Shown: piece after piece, positions 1 to 10,600 of the stretch
Layout of the letters: the number at the start of each line of letters is the position of its first letter
Numbering within the stretch: position 1 is the first letter of the stretch
Notes under the pieces: model-generated
What the model was told of the DNA's origin: nothing
Seen by the model: only the letters and a program-made list of their open reading frames with translations
The model's database searches: none
Assembly: GCA_012514175.1 (NCBI GenBank)
Contig: JAAZAU010000008.1
Location: 977-64,976 of the forward strand
Length of the DNA: 64,000 nucleotides
Reading direction: 5' to 3'
Origin: Parcubacteria group bacterium
Lineage (GTDB): Bacteria; Patescibacteriota; Minisyncoccia; Phycocordibacterales; WO2-35-19
Translations under genes and position numbers: made by a program

Positions 1-2
1 TA

Positions 3-245
3 GCCAGAAACTATTTACGATTGCCGTCTAGAGTGGCTTCTTTAATTACAGGCGAAAGTCTGATATCCGAACGCGGTGGTGGACAATCCGCTAAATTTCA
101 AATTAAAGATTCTTCCTGGTCGGTTGCTTATGGTCTTTGTATTATTGGAAATCTGCCGGATGAAGAAGAGGGGCTTGGTTTGAAAAAATACAGTCGAAAT
201 TTTTTTGTTAAAATTTGGCAAGTTTTAAAACAGTTTTTACCTTAG
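3..245 (+). CDS. ftsA: 3' end of a cell-division gene, probably ftsA (partial, continues upstream of window)
   Basis: Frame open from window start. The tail ...SWSVAYGLCIIG... followed by an amphipathic C-terminus resembles the FtsA C-terminus. It sits directly upstream of ftsZ in the canonical order. Confidence 0.4.
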   Translation, partial: ARNYLRLPSRVASLITGESLISERGGGQSAKFQIKDSSWSVAYGLCIIGNLPDEEEGLGLKKYSRNFFVKIWQVLKQFLP

Positions 246-313
246 TTTTAAGACACAAATATACTTTTTGACAAGTTTTATAAATTTGATTTTTTTTGCT
301 ATTATACAGACGT

Positions 314-1510
314 ATGCCACAAATAAAACCAGAAATAGAAGTGTTTGCTAGAATAAAAGTTGTTGGTGTTGGTGGTTCCGGTGGAAACACCATAAACCAT
401 ATGATAAATTCCAAGGTCCGAGGAGTAGAGTTCATTACTGTTAACACAGACGCTCAAGACCTTATTAAATCTGAATCTAAGAAAAAAATTCATATAGGTA
501 AAAATCTAACTCGGGGACTTGGCACTGGTATGAATCCGGAGCTTGGAAGACGCGCGGTAGAAGAAACCAAAGAAGAAGTTCAGGAAGCTCTAAAAGGAGC
601 TGATATGGTTTTCGTAGCTTGCGGTATGGGTGGTGGCACAGGCACTGGGGCCGCTCCTGTGGTTGCTAAAACTGCTAAAGAACTTGAAGCTCTAACTGTA
701 GCGGTAGTGACTAAACCATTTTCATTTGAAGGACAACAAAAGATGCGTATAGCTGAAGCTGGTCTTGAAGAACTAAGACAATCAGTTGACGCTCTTATTG
801 TAATTCCTAACGACAGACTTTTGGCAACTATAGATAAAGACACTACAGCCAAAAATGCTTTTGCTATTTGTGATGATATTTTGAAATCAGCAGTGGAAGG
901 TATTTCAGACCTTATCACTATGCCAGGAATCATTAACATAGACTTTGCTGATGTCAGAGCCATTATGGAAGGTGCGGGAGGCGCTCTTATGGGTATTGGG
1001 CGAGCTTCTGGTGAAAAAAGAGCTGAAGAAGCCGCTAAAATGGCTATTAATTCCCCTCTTTTGGAGGTTTCTATCAATGGAGCTAAAGGAGTATTGTTCT
1101 CTATTGCTGGTGGTGACGATCTTACTATGTTTGAAATTCATGATGCCGCTAAAGTTATCACCGAATCAGTTGATCCAAACGCTAAAATTATTTTTGGAAC
1201 AGTCAGAGACGACAAACTCAAAAAAGGTGAAATTAAAATCACTGTCATCGCTTCTGGTTTTCCAGATAGTGTTATGAAAAAGAGTCTTTTTGGAGACAAA
1301 AACTTTTCTGAAAATATAGATACTGACGCAACCAAGGGTAAAATATTTAATTCTGTATTTAGTAGAAATGAAAAGGTTGAAAGAAAAGACGCACCACAAA
1401 CAGAAGAAGAACCAACTGAAGAACCTGAAGAAAAAAAGCAAAATGTTATAGAAGAAGATGACGAGTGGGGCGCTGTGCCAGCTTTTCTCAGGCGCTCAAA
1501 ATTAAAATAG
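314..1510 (+). CDS. ftsZ: Cell division GTPase FtsZ
   Basis: Tubulin signature GGGTGTG ([15 protein letters not shown]) and N-terminal GVGGSGGN motif. Acidic C-terminal tail. The track ORF starts at TTG 296; the ATG at 314 is the more plausible start. Confidence 0.95.
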   Translation: MPQIKPEIEVFARIKVVGVGGSGGNTINHMINSKVRGVEFITVNTDAQDLIKSESKKKIHIGKNLTRGLGTGMNPELGRRAVEETKEEVQEALKGADMVFVACGMGGGTGTGAAPVVAKTAKELEALTVAVVTKPFSFEGQQKMRIAEAGLEELRQSVDALIVIPNDRLLATIDKDTTAKNAFAICDDILKSAVEGISDLITMPGIINIDFADVRAIMEGAGGALMGIGRASGEKRAEEAAKMAINSPLLEVSINGAKGVLFSIAGGDDLTMFEIHDAAKVITESVDPNAKIIFGTVRDDKLKKGEIKITVIASGFPDSVMKKSLFGDKNFSENIDTDATKGKIFNSVFSRNEKVERKDAPQTEEEPTEEPEEKKQNVIEEDDEWGAVPAFLRRSKLK

Positions 1511-1520
1511 TAAATAATAA

Positions 1521-1548
1521 AAAATCCTGATGTAAATCAGGATTTTTT
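1521..1548 (+). terminator. Rho-independent terminator after ftsZ
   Basis: Hairpin aaaatcctga-tgtaa-atcaggatttttt followed by a T-run. A TATAAT -10 element lies immediately downstream, ahead of trxB. Confidence 0.7.
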
Positions 1549-1563
1549 GGTATAATTACCTTT

Positions 1564-2493
1564 ATGTATGATTTAATTATTATAGGTGGCGGACCAGCTG
1601 GCGCGGCAGCGGGCGTTTATGCTGCCAGAAAACAAATAAAAACCGCCCTCATTACTGAAAATTTTAATGGTCAGAGTGTAGAATCTAATGAAATTCAAAA
1701 TTGGATAGGCACAATAGCTATTTCTGGAATAGATTTAGCTAAAAAATTGAAAGAGCATGTTAAATTTTACGCAGGCGATTTTGTTGATATAAAAGAAGGT
1801 GAAAGAGTTGAAAACATAGAATGTGTGGAGAATGATCTTTTTTTGGTTTCTACCAACAAAGCTTTTTACAAGACTAAAACTGTGCTTATCGCGAGTGGTA
1901 GTCGTAGAAAAAAATTAGACATTCCTGGAGCTAAAGAATTTGAAGGTAAAGGGATTACTTATTGCGCTTCTTGTGATGGACCATTTTTTGCTAAAAAAGA
2001 TGTAGCGGTTATCGGTGGCGGTAACGCTGGTTTTGAAGCTGCCGCTGAACTTTTAGCTTATTGCAAAAGTGTCACCCTTGTTTCTCGTAGTGAATTTCGC
2101 GCCGACCCAATTACCATAGAAAAAGTTTTGGAAAATCCAAAAATGACAGCTCTTACCTACGTTAAACCTCTAGAAATACAGGGTAATGATTGGGTTAAAG
2201 GTTTATTTTATAAAAAGACATATCCATTTGTAAGTGATGTAAAAATAGAAGTGCAAGGTATTTTCGTAGAAATAGGACACAACCCATCCACTGATTTTGC
2301 AGAAAATATAGGATTGGATATGGACGAACACAAACAAATAAAAATTGACCCTAGAACTCAAAGAACCAATGTAAAAGGTGTCTGGGCGGCTGGAGATTGC
2401 ACAGATGGTCTTTACCGTCAAAATAACATCGCGGTCGGTGACGCTATTAAAGCCTTGGAAGATATTTATCTAGAATTACAAAAAATGAAGTAA
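1564..2493 (+). CDS. trxB: Thioredoxin-disulfide reductase (FAD/NAD(P)-binding)
   Basis: N-terminal GGGPAG FAD motif, redox-active CASCDG (CxxC), second GGGNAG NAD(P) motif, length 309 aa. Confidence 0.9.
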   Translation: MYDLIIIGGGPAGAAAGVYAARKQIKTALITENFNGQSVESNEIQNWIGTIAISGIDLAKKLKEHVKFYAGDFVDIKEGERVENIECVENDLFLVSTNKAFYKTKTVLIASGSRRKKLDIPGAKEFEGKGITYCASCDGPFFAKKDVAVIGGGNAGFEAAAELLAYCKSVTLVSRSEFRADPITIEKVLENPKMTALTYVKPLEIQGNDWVKGLFYKKTYPFVSDVKIEVQGIFVEIGHNPSTDFAENIGLDMDEHKQIKIDPRTQRTNVKGVWAAGDCTDGLYRQNNIAVGDAIKALEDIYLELQKMK

Positions 2494-2529
2494 AATGTTT
2501 TTGTAATTTTTAATTATTACATATAAATC

Positions 2530-3786
2530 CTAAATAGCCTCAACCTTCACCTGATTAATAATCATAGAATTTTCATTGTTTAGAGGACTCCACATTTCTA
2601 AAGCAACTGTGCCAACAAGTGGCATTGGGAAAATAGCTTTATGTGTTACCTTAACTTCACCATTTGAAAAACAAGAAACGGTATCACCCACAACTTCAAT
2701 ACCCAGACTGTCAGTTGACGTCCATTTATATTTTCTTGTTTTTAAATAATTCGGTGAACTACCTAACTCTATTTGTTTACCATTTTGAAATTGATAAAGT
2801 ATCACATTCTTACCATCGTCAAAAAACGAACAAGAGAAAAAATTTTCGGGAGTATATCTGGCTAACAAATTTATAGAATCCCCTTCAGCCCAATCGGTAT
2901 AAATTGTATACCTATAATTGAACCAAAAATGTCCACCGTTTAATTTGAAAAAGGCATAATTGCTGTCTGTTGCGGTGTTCACACGCATTTTATTAAAAGT
3001 GTTTTCAATAATTCCATTTTCTGTTTTCCAATCATTTGGTTTATTATAAAAATCAGAAATGTAAGGAAGGTTTATGGGTTCAAAGTAGTCTGTCAATAAA
3101 TAGTCGGCATCGTAACTATCATTAGCCCACTTAGGGAATGATATATTTTCGTCACCAAATCTTATATCATCTAAAAAAATTACGGATGGTTCATTGCTTA
3201 TGATAGAAATCCCACCTATTTTTATATTGTTAGCATTAAGATTAGCTAAAGGTATAATTAAATCGTACCAAACGTTAGGTTTTAAAATCTTTTCGTCAGT
3301 GTACCAAGGTAATGGTTGATTCCCAATAGTTTTACCATCCACATCTGTAATTTCAATTAAGAGATCGTTTTTTGTCTTATCATTATCTACAAAAACCGAG
3401 AGTTTTATTGATTTGTATGGCGAAGTATTAAAATGAGGAGCGTGTATCATAAATCCCGAATTGGGTTTGTTAAATTCTACTCTTATAGAATTGTCACGTT
3501 CCAAAGAAACATACGATGAAAAATCTAAGTGAGTATCCCAAGACCAGTTTTCCCAACCACGGGTTAAAGTATCTGAATATATAGTAGGTAGTTCTACAAA
3601 GATATTTTCTCTAACCACCTCATCGGAAGCGCCCAGCACTAATTCAACAGGAGCATTTGTGATAGGACGATAAATGTTTGTATTTAAAATGATAACTATC
3701 CCAATAACTATGGACAATCCTACAAATGATATTATAGAAATATAACGTTTCCAGAATTTGTCTTTTCGCTTGTCTAACATCGGCAT
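2530..3786 (-). CDS. Hypothetical exported/membrane-anchored protein (N-terminal TM, beta-rich ectodomain)
   Basis: Long ORF with an N-terminal hydrophobic anchor (SIISFVGLSIVIGIVIIL). No recognisable catalytic motif. Neighbours a polysaccharide-synthesis gene. Confidence 0.5.
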   Translation of the reverse strand: MPMLDKRKDKFWKRYISIISFVGLSIVIGIVIILNTNIYRPITNAPVELVLGASDEVVRENIFVELPTIYSDTLTRGWENWSWDTHLDFSSYVSLERDNSIRVEFNKPNSGFMIHAPHFNTSPYKSIKLSVFVDNDKTKNDLLIEITDVDGKTIGNQPLPWYTDEKILKPNVWYDLIIPLANLNANNIKIGGISIISNEPSVIFLDDIRFGDENISFPKWANDSYDADYLLTDYFEPINLPYISDFYNKPNDWKTENGIIENTFNKMRVNTATDSNYAFFKLNGGHFWFNYRYTIYTDWAEGDSINLLARYTPENFFSCSFFDDGKNVILYQFQNGKQIELGSSPNYLKTRKYKWTSTDSLGIEVVGDTVSCFSNGEVKVTHKAIFPMPLVGTVALEMWSPLNNENSMIINQVKVEAI

Positions 3787-3823
3787 AGGATGCTACTATA
3801 AACTAAATTATTAAAAAAGTCCA

Positions 3824-4516
3824 ATGCGGATTATAAATAAAAAAATAATATATTTTGTCGTTTTGTTGTTCATTTTAGTCGGTTTAGGAGGGGTTTGGGA
3901 ACGCACAAAAGAAGAGCCAACAAGAGAAAAACAAGAAGAAGACATCTTGTATAAGAGTGTTATGACAACAGTTTTTTGGGTGGGAGAAAATTCAGACGAA
4001 AGCAACGGATTTATTCCAAATCATAAAAGTTATTGGGACTCTCTCTGGCTGGAACATTATGGTGGCATAGATGATCCAAACGATAGATGTGGTTATAATC
4101 CTTGCGCATTCATTCCCAAAGAAAATCCTTTCTATTTTGCCCTACCTTACGGTGATAGAAATGAAGATGGGACTCAGAAAGATTCTGTAAAACTCATTCC
4201 TTGGTACAAAAACATCTCAAATAAAGAATCTCAAATAAAAAATGTTTGGATAGAAATAAAATACAAAAACAAAATATGTTACGCACAATGGGAAGATGTG
4301 GGACCTTTTGAGGATGATGATTTTGATTACGTTTTTGGAAAATCTGAACCAAAAAATATTTTTGGAGTTTCTGCTGGTCTTGATATATCGCCTGCCACCT
4401 GGGATTGTCTTGGTATGACCGACAATGCGGTAACAAAATGGAGATTTGTTGAAGAAAAAGATGTCCCTGAAGGACCGTGGAAACTTATCATAACGAAAAG
4501 CAGTGTCAGTTTTTAA
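3824..4516 (+). CDS. Hypothetical exported protein (N-terminal TM/signal anchor)
   Basis: Hydrophobic N-terminus (IIYFVVLLFILVGLGGVW), Cys-containing ectodomain. No family recognised by eye. Confidence 0.5.
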   Translation: MRIINKKIIYFVVLLFILVGLGGVWERTKEEPTREKQEEDILYKSVMTTVFWVGENSDESNGFIPNHKSYWDSLWLEHYGGIDDPNDRCGYNPCAFIPKENPFYFALPYGDRNEDGTQKDSVKLIPWYKNISNKESQIKNVWIEIKYKNKICYAQWEDVGPFEDDDFDYVFGKSEPKNIFGVSAGLDISPATWDCLGMTDNAVTKWRFVEEKDVPEGPWKLIITKSSVSF

Positions 4517-6978
4517 GCTAGTTTTTCAAAACTTGAAAAATAGTATTTTTGACTGTCGCCTCTCTTTATAACTTTACCCCAGATTTCTTCACTACCTTCA
4601 ATAGCTTTGATTATACTTTTAATAACAACGTAACAAATAACCTGACGATAATAAAGCCTCTGAATAGGAACAAATAAAAGTTGACTCCAGTCCTTATTTT
4701 GTCTCACAAAAGCTAAAGAAGAATAAATTACATCAACGCCGGTAAATATAATATAAGTTATAATCACCTGTTTCCACGAACCAGTGATTATGGCAAAAAG
4801 AAAAACCGCGTCAATTATAGGATAAAAAAGAGGCATAATTATATTAAATAACAACGTATTTGGCATAATAACCAAACTAAATGAAGAGATTGGTTTTTTA
4901 ACAATATAACTCTTATATTTCCATGCACATTGAAAAGTGCCATAAATCCACCTAAAACGTTGCTTTAAGAAATCTTTTAAAGTGTGTGGAGTTTCGGTAT
5001 AGGCTATTGCTTTCGGTTCATATACAATTTTGTATCCGTTGGTTATCACAGCTAAAGTAAGATCCTGATCTTCAACCAAAGTTTCGTTACTGTAACCTCC
5101 ACACTTTATGACTACTGGTTTTCGCCACGCCCCAACTGGGCCAGGCACCACGCTTATCGCATTTACTGAAGCAAAAGCTTTTTTCTCTATATTTTGACCA
5201 ATTTCATATTCTATACTCTGAAAAATGTTCAAAATATTGTGTGATTTGGTGGTTTCTACTTTGCCAGCCACAGCTCCAACCGATTTATCGTTAAAATGTT
5301 TCATCAGATTACTTATGGTGTCTGGCGCAAATATTGTATCGGCATCCATAGCAATGAAAACATTGTATCTGCACGCTTTAATGCCAACGTTCAAAGCGTT
5401 GAACTTGCCACTGTTCATTATGTTTATTATTTTTATTTCCTTGGGGTATAAAACCTGCATCTTTTCAGCCACTTTTAGGGTGCCGTCAATTGAGCCATCA
5501 TTTATAACTATGATTTCTTTAAGGGGATAATCATTTTTTAAAACACTTCTGATAGATGATTCTATGTTTTCTTCCTCATTATAGGCAGGAATTAAAATAC
5601 TTACTCCACCTTTATATTGTGGAATTTTCTTGTTTTTTCTTTCTTTTATATTTTTTGTAATAGAAAAAATAAAAAGCCCAACAACAATAATTATTCTAAA
5701 AATAATAAAAACTATCGCAAATTTAAACACGTATTTGAAAACTGAAACAACCCAAGAAATTAAAGAGAGGTTAAAGCGTTGTAAAGCATCATTTGCATTA
5801 AAAGTATCCATTGTCTGTATTGCGGATATACTAAAAACTTTTGAATTGCTTGAAGTTGCAAATATAGCCTCACTTGTTTTTTTACCCACAGTTCCATATT
5901 CAGATTTATTTATGTCACCTATTGAGACAACTTTATTTTCAATTTGCCAATTCTTTAAAGCTTCCATAGTTACCGTATCAAACTTACCACCCACTGATTC
6001 ATAATCAAGAAAACCTTCGGAATATAAAAACCACTGAAGCAAAGAGACTTCATTATTGGTGTTTGCATCAACAGAGCCTAAAGAAAGCTGATTCTCTATG
6101 TTTATAAAAGATGGAGGCACAAAAAGATCTCTCAGGGACACAAATTCATAACCACTATCTTTTAAAATAACAATTATTTTTTCAAGAGCTTCCGCCATAT
6201 ATTTTGTATCAGCACTACCTCCCCCGTCATGAAGTAAAGCTATGTGTCCATTTGGGACCTCTTTTAGCATATTTTGTAAAAGTTCCTCTGAAGATTTGAC
6301 CGTCCAGTCTTTAGCATCTACGTCTGCCCCCACGGGTATATATCCATTTTGCAAAGCAAAATGGAGAGGTTTTTCTACTGGAGTGTCTGGATTTATAATA
6401 GGATCGGTGCCAATGTCTAGAAGATAAGGTGGCCGATAAAATAAGGGTGTCTTTTTTGTTGCTATTTCTATTATTTTACCACTAGTCCTAAGTTCATTTT
6501 CAAGTTTTTCGTTGGAATTATGCACGAGTGGTGAATGGGTAAAAGTGTGGCTACCAATTTCAAAGCCAGCGTCGGAAACTTCTCTAGCAATATTTGGATA
6601 TTTAAAAACATTTTCACCAACAAAAAAGAAAGTAGCTGGCACATTATGTTTTTTAAGTATAGAAACAATAATTGGAGTATAAATCGGATCGGGACCGTCA
6701 TCAAAAGTTAATGATATCTTTTTATTGTTTAAGGGAGTGTAATAATATCTATATGATTTAGTAATATCTAAACCGTCTATATTGTTACTTTTTTTAGAGG
6801 CAAAAAGAATACTAATGGCAAGACTCACGGTAAGGCTAAAAGCTAGCACAGCAGATATGACAAAAAAACCTCGTATATACTTTTTTCTTTTATCTTTTGA
6901 ATCGTAAAAAATCATGTAGAAAACCAACAAAAGGCTCAAAATAGACACCAGACCAGGGGAAAACAGTTGTAAAAGCAA
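4513..6978 (-). CDS. Bifunctional polysaccharide deacetylase (NodB/CE4) fused to a family-2 processive glycosyltransferase (PgaB/PgaC-like or chitin/PNAG-synthase-like)
   Basis: The N-terminal half has the NodB motif TFDDGPDP. A TM segment follows. The C-terminal half has GT2 hallmarks: a D,D,D...QRFRW arrangement (DADT, QRFRWIYG) and C-terminal TM helices. Confidence 0.85.
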   Translation of the reverse strand: MLLQLFSPGLVSILSLLLVFYMIFYDSKDKRKKYIRGFFVISAVLAFSLTVSLAISILFASKKSNNIDGLDITKSYRYYYTPLNNKKISLTFDDGPDPIYTPIIVSILKKHNVPATFFFVGENVFKYPNIAREVSDAGFEIGSHTFTHSPLVHNSNEKLENELRTSGKIIEIATKKTPLFYRPPYLLDIGTDPIINPDTPVEKPLHFALQNGYIPVGADVDAKDWTVKSSEELLQNMLKEVPNGHIALLHDGGGSADTKYMAEALEKIIVILKDSGYEFVSLRDLFVPPSFINIENQLSLGSVDANTNNEVSLLQWFLYSEGFLDYESVGGKFDTVTMEALKNWQIENKVVSIGDINKSEYGTVGKKTSEAIFATSSNSKVFSISAIQTMDTFNANDALQRFNLSLISWVVSVFKYVFKFAIVFIIFRIIIVVGLFIFSITKNIKERKNKKIPQYKGGVSILIPAYNEEENIESSIRSVLKNDYPLKEIIVINDGSIDGTLKVAEKMQVLYPKEIKIINIMNSGKFNALNVGIKACRYNVFIAMDADTIFAPDTISNLMKHFNDKSVGAVAGKVETTKSHNILNIFQSIEYEIGQNIEKKAFASVNAISVVPGPVGAWRKPVVIKCGGYSNETLVEDQDLTLAVITNGYKIVYEPKAIAYTETPHTLKDFLKQRFRWIYGTFQCAWKYKSYIVKKPISSFSLVIMPNTLLFNIIMPLFYPIIDAVFLFAIITGSWKQVIITYIIFTGVDVIYSSLAFVRQNKDWSQLLFVPIQRLYYRQVICYVVIKSIIKAIEGSEEIWGKVIKRGDSQKYYFSSFEKLA

Positions 6979-7055
6979 AATTAAAAACCTAACGTTAATT
7001 TAGGCTTTTACTGATTCGTATACTAATGATAATTAGTTAAATGTCAACTAATTTA

Positions 7056-7586
7056 TTATTCTAAAGGGGTGCCAAACATTTGCACCACAAAGACAGCTTC
7101 CCTACCTTTATATATGCCGGTGGAAGTAGCGATACCAATTTCGGTGTATTTTGGATTCATAATATTAAGAAAATGACCTCTAGAATTCATCCAAGCTGTC
7201 TGCACGTCTTCACTGTTTTGAAAATTAACCGCTAAATTTTCTCCAGCATAAGCATAACTATATCCCGCTTCTTTGAACCAGTGCCAAGGAGTAAGACCTT
7301 CAGGTGTGTTGTGCGCAAAATAACCTCTAGTAGCCATATCATCAGCTTTGAGTTGAGCCGCTTTTTCCAGTAAAGGATTAACTTTGAGTTCAGCAATATT
7401 TGCCGACGCCCTATTTTGATTGGTCAAATTAACTAAGACACTAGCATAAATAGCGGATAAAGAATCTAAAATATTGACTCTAAGTGTTGGAATGGCGCCA
7501 ATCAGAACTATCAAAACCACCAAAATAGAAACGTATATTTTTAATTTCATAATTTCTTTTTTATTTTTATTACTTTTTTTAGCCAT
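7056..7586 (-). CDS. CAP/SCP (YkwD-like) domain protein, membrane anchored
   Basis: N-terminal TM. CAP-domain motifs HYTQVVW-like (GHFLNIMNPKYTEIG) and GENLA. Confidence 0.75.
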   Translation of the reverse strand: MAKKSNKNKKEIMKLKIYVSILVVLIVLIGAIPTLRVNILDSLSAIYASVLVNLTNQNRASANIAELKVNPLLEKAAQLKADDMATRGYFAHNTPEGLTPWHWFKEAGYSYAYAGENLAVNFQNSEDVQTAWMNSRGHFLNIMNPKYTEIGIATSTGIYKGREAVFVVQMFGTPLE

Positions 7587-7683
7587 TATGTATAATTATC
7601 ACATTTTTCAAGAAAAAACACCACCAAATGTTAACAAAAAAACTCCCATTAAATGAGAGTTTTTTTGTTATCAAATTTCTAAC

Positions 7684-10600
7684 TTATGGAAGTGGTGGAA
7701 CTGGAGTGCTAGTAATCAATTCAGGGCATTTTAAGATGTTTATCCATCTCTGAGTAGTCTTGTAAACATAACCAGTTGGACCATTGGTAGGAAGTCCTGC
7801 AATTGACCAAGGAGTAAGAACTGCTGCTTCTTGGTGTGTTTGGAATTTATTAACCATATCTTGAGTTATAGGACCATAAAAGCCGGTAACTGGATTATTT
7901 ACTTCAAAGAATTGGTTAAGGAAAATCTGAAGTTTTTTAACCTCTTCAGGATCATTTTTGGCTCCAGCTTTGATGTAAGTTTTTAAGTATGGTTCACACA
8001 TTAAACTTCCATCAGTTGAAGCGCCCAAAACCTCTCCGATACTACCAGAACTATTACCCGAAACACTTCCTCCCCAAAAACTTCTTACCCCATGTCGTCT
8101 ACCACTACCCGATGACTGATTACTTGTTGGTTGGTCATTGTTGTTTGAAGAACCATTTTCTTCATTTCCGTTTCCATTTTCATTTTCATTTGAAGTATCA
8201 CCTTCTTCTTGACCGTCACCATTTGGAGGAGTTATGTCTGAAGAACCATCTCCTTCTTCTTGATCTTCTTGATCATCTCCATTTGGTGGAGTGGTTGACT
8301 CACCAGAATAGTCAGGTTTATCGCAATACTGGTTGACCACTACATTTGTATCAGCAGAACCTTCAAGATCTTTACCATTAGTTTTAGCTGTAAATGAAGC
8401 GGTGTTATCAACGCCACAAAGCGAAGGTAAGATGTTATAAGCCTCTACTGCATCTACATCATAACCGTCATCTGCTTTTCCAAAGAGATTAACGTTAGAA
8501 ATATCAGTAAGTTTTATAGCGGTGGTGTATCTGAGATTTGAACCAAAATCAATTGCGCCGTCTTTGTTCAAATCACCCAAAGACACCCATTCACCCTTGT
8601 CCGCATCCCAACCATCTACATGCACTCTTTCAATTGGATAATTAGGATTTCCAGCAAAGGTGGTCTCATAAACTTTTAAGTCGGCGCCATCACCATTAAA
8701 TATGGTGCCGTCAAAAGTCAGAACAATACTTCCACCAAATCCAAGTGAAAAGAATGTGTTGTTCAATGAATTATCCGCGTTAGAATCCCACTCTTCACCC
8801 AAAGTTTGAGCGGCTCCGAGAGCGTATTCAGGATTAGACCTGTCTACGAGAACATTCAAGCCATCTTTTCTCTTACCTTGATTGTTTTCCAAAACGTCAC
8901 TAGCCCACTTTAAGTTTGGGTTGTTGGTGAAAGCGTCAAGTGAAGCGACAAAGCTAATTGTGCCATTGCCAATACCTGTATTGCCAAGATTCCAAACAAC
9001 ACTATTCTCGTTTAAGGTTCCGCCATTATCAGCACTTACAAAGGTAAGCCCTTCCGGAATTACATCTGTTATTACAAAATCTGTTACTGGACCATCCAAC
9101 ACTTCCCAATCAATCTTGAAAGTTATTTCACCATTTTCAGTGTTATATTCACCAGATTTTTCTAAACTAACACGACCATCAACAACAGGAGGAGGCACTT
9201 CTCCGTTATCGCAAGTAACTATCCAAGAGAGATTATACAAAAGACCCCCTGGGTTTTGTTCTTGAGCAAGATTTGATCCAGCCCAATTACGAACTTCTAT
9301 CTTTAAATTATTTGAACCATCTTTAAGATAGCTAGACACATCCCAACTATCGGCAACCGAGTGATTGTCTTCTGTGCTATCTCCACCCACAAGCTCTTCA
9401 TTTACCCAAATTGTGTAAGAGTTATCGGTGGCAATTTTTAGATTCCCTGTCAAAGTGCCATTTTTAGCATCTATTTCAAAATCACGAGAAAAAGTTACCC
9501 ATTTATCTGTTTGCCAATCTGCATCATAAGGATCTTCTGACCAGACCCATTTAGCGTCAGCGTCCTCAACATCAGCATCCCAAACAGTCTCTCCTAAAGT
9601 CTGAATTTCTGAAATTTTAGTGACAAGTTTAGCGTTGAAATTACTCTCAACTGCTGGATCATCACCAACTCTTACAGAAGCAACCATTGTTTCTTCATCA
9701 CTAACAATGTTTCCAGATGAAGGGGTGCATATATTAGCAGTATCACGATTTACTACAGAGAAAGTTTCGTTTGCCTCGTCTACAACCACGCTACCCAAAC
9801 CAGACACACCTTCCCAACCGCTCTGCATTATTTCGTCAACGTTGTAAGTGCCGAGAGGAACATCTGTGAAAGTTACGCAACCACTTTCGTCTGTTAATCC
9901 CGCATATCCAGAATAAACCTCAACATTAATTGATCCAGAATTATCACCATATATGTCGTCTAAAATTCTGAATGAAAATTGACCGGCTTCGTTGGTGCTC
10001 GTTGCGTGAGCATAGACGTGTAATGGATTAAATATAGAACCCCAATCAGTATAAGATTCATTAACCTGAATACCGAGCCAACCCACACGTGATGGACTAA
10101 AATTATTTACTTTAACCCAAGGCAAAAATTGATGTTGATCACTTAGACTGCTATCAGCTTTGACAGCTAAATAAATAGGATCCGTAGGTAATCTCAAAGA
10201 ATAAGCAGCATCTGAAGTTGAAGCAGTAGGATTGTTCGGTCTATAAATATAACTACCTTTAGCTAAGAGCACATAAGGACCAACTTCTAAAGAGTTTGTA
10301 GTGCTGTAATTTTTACCATCAGGTAAAACATTTACTGTTTCAATTTTGTCTCCCAAAAGCATCATTGTCCAATTTGAGAGAGGATTTTGTTGTTCATCAG
10401 TCTTGCAAATCTTAACGGTAGCTGAATCTGGTTGAACTTCTTTTTTAACATTGAACGCCACACAATAATAATCTTTCCTTGCTTTCATATTTTCTACCCG
10501 ATCATAGTTGTCGTAATTGAAAATATCTGTATGACAATACATTTCTGCTGATTCATCTTGCCAACCATCGCTTGGATTTGTATCACCCGTAAATGGAATA

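Noticed and set aside
580-1077. 165-aa minus-strand ORF inside ftsZ (and the similar 905-1141, 945-1277 and 1166-1441 ORFs)
   Set aside because: Antisense or out-of-frame shadow ORFs of a highly conserved gene. No SD, low-complexity translation.
8882-9265. Plus-strand ORFs (8882-9265, 7989-8336, 9620-9847, 10558-10824) within the adhesin gene
   Set aside because: Shadow ORFs opposite a long well-supported CDS.
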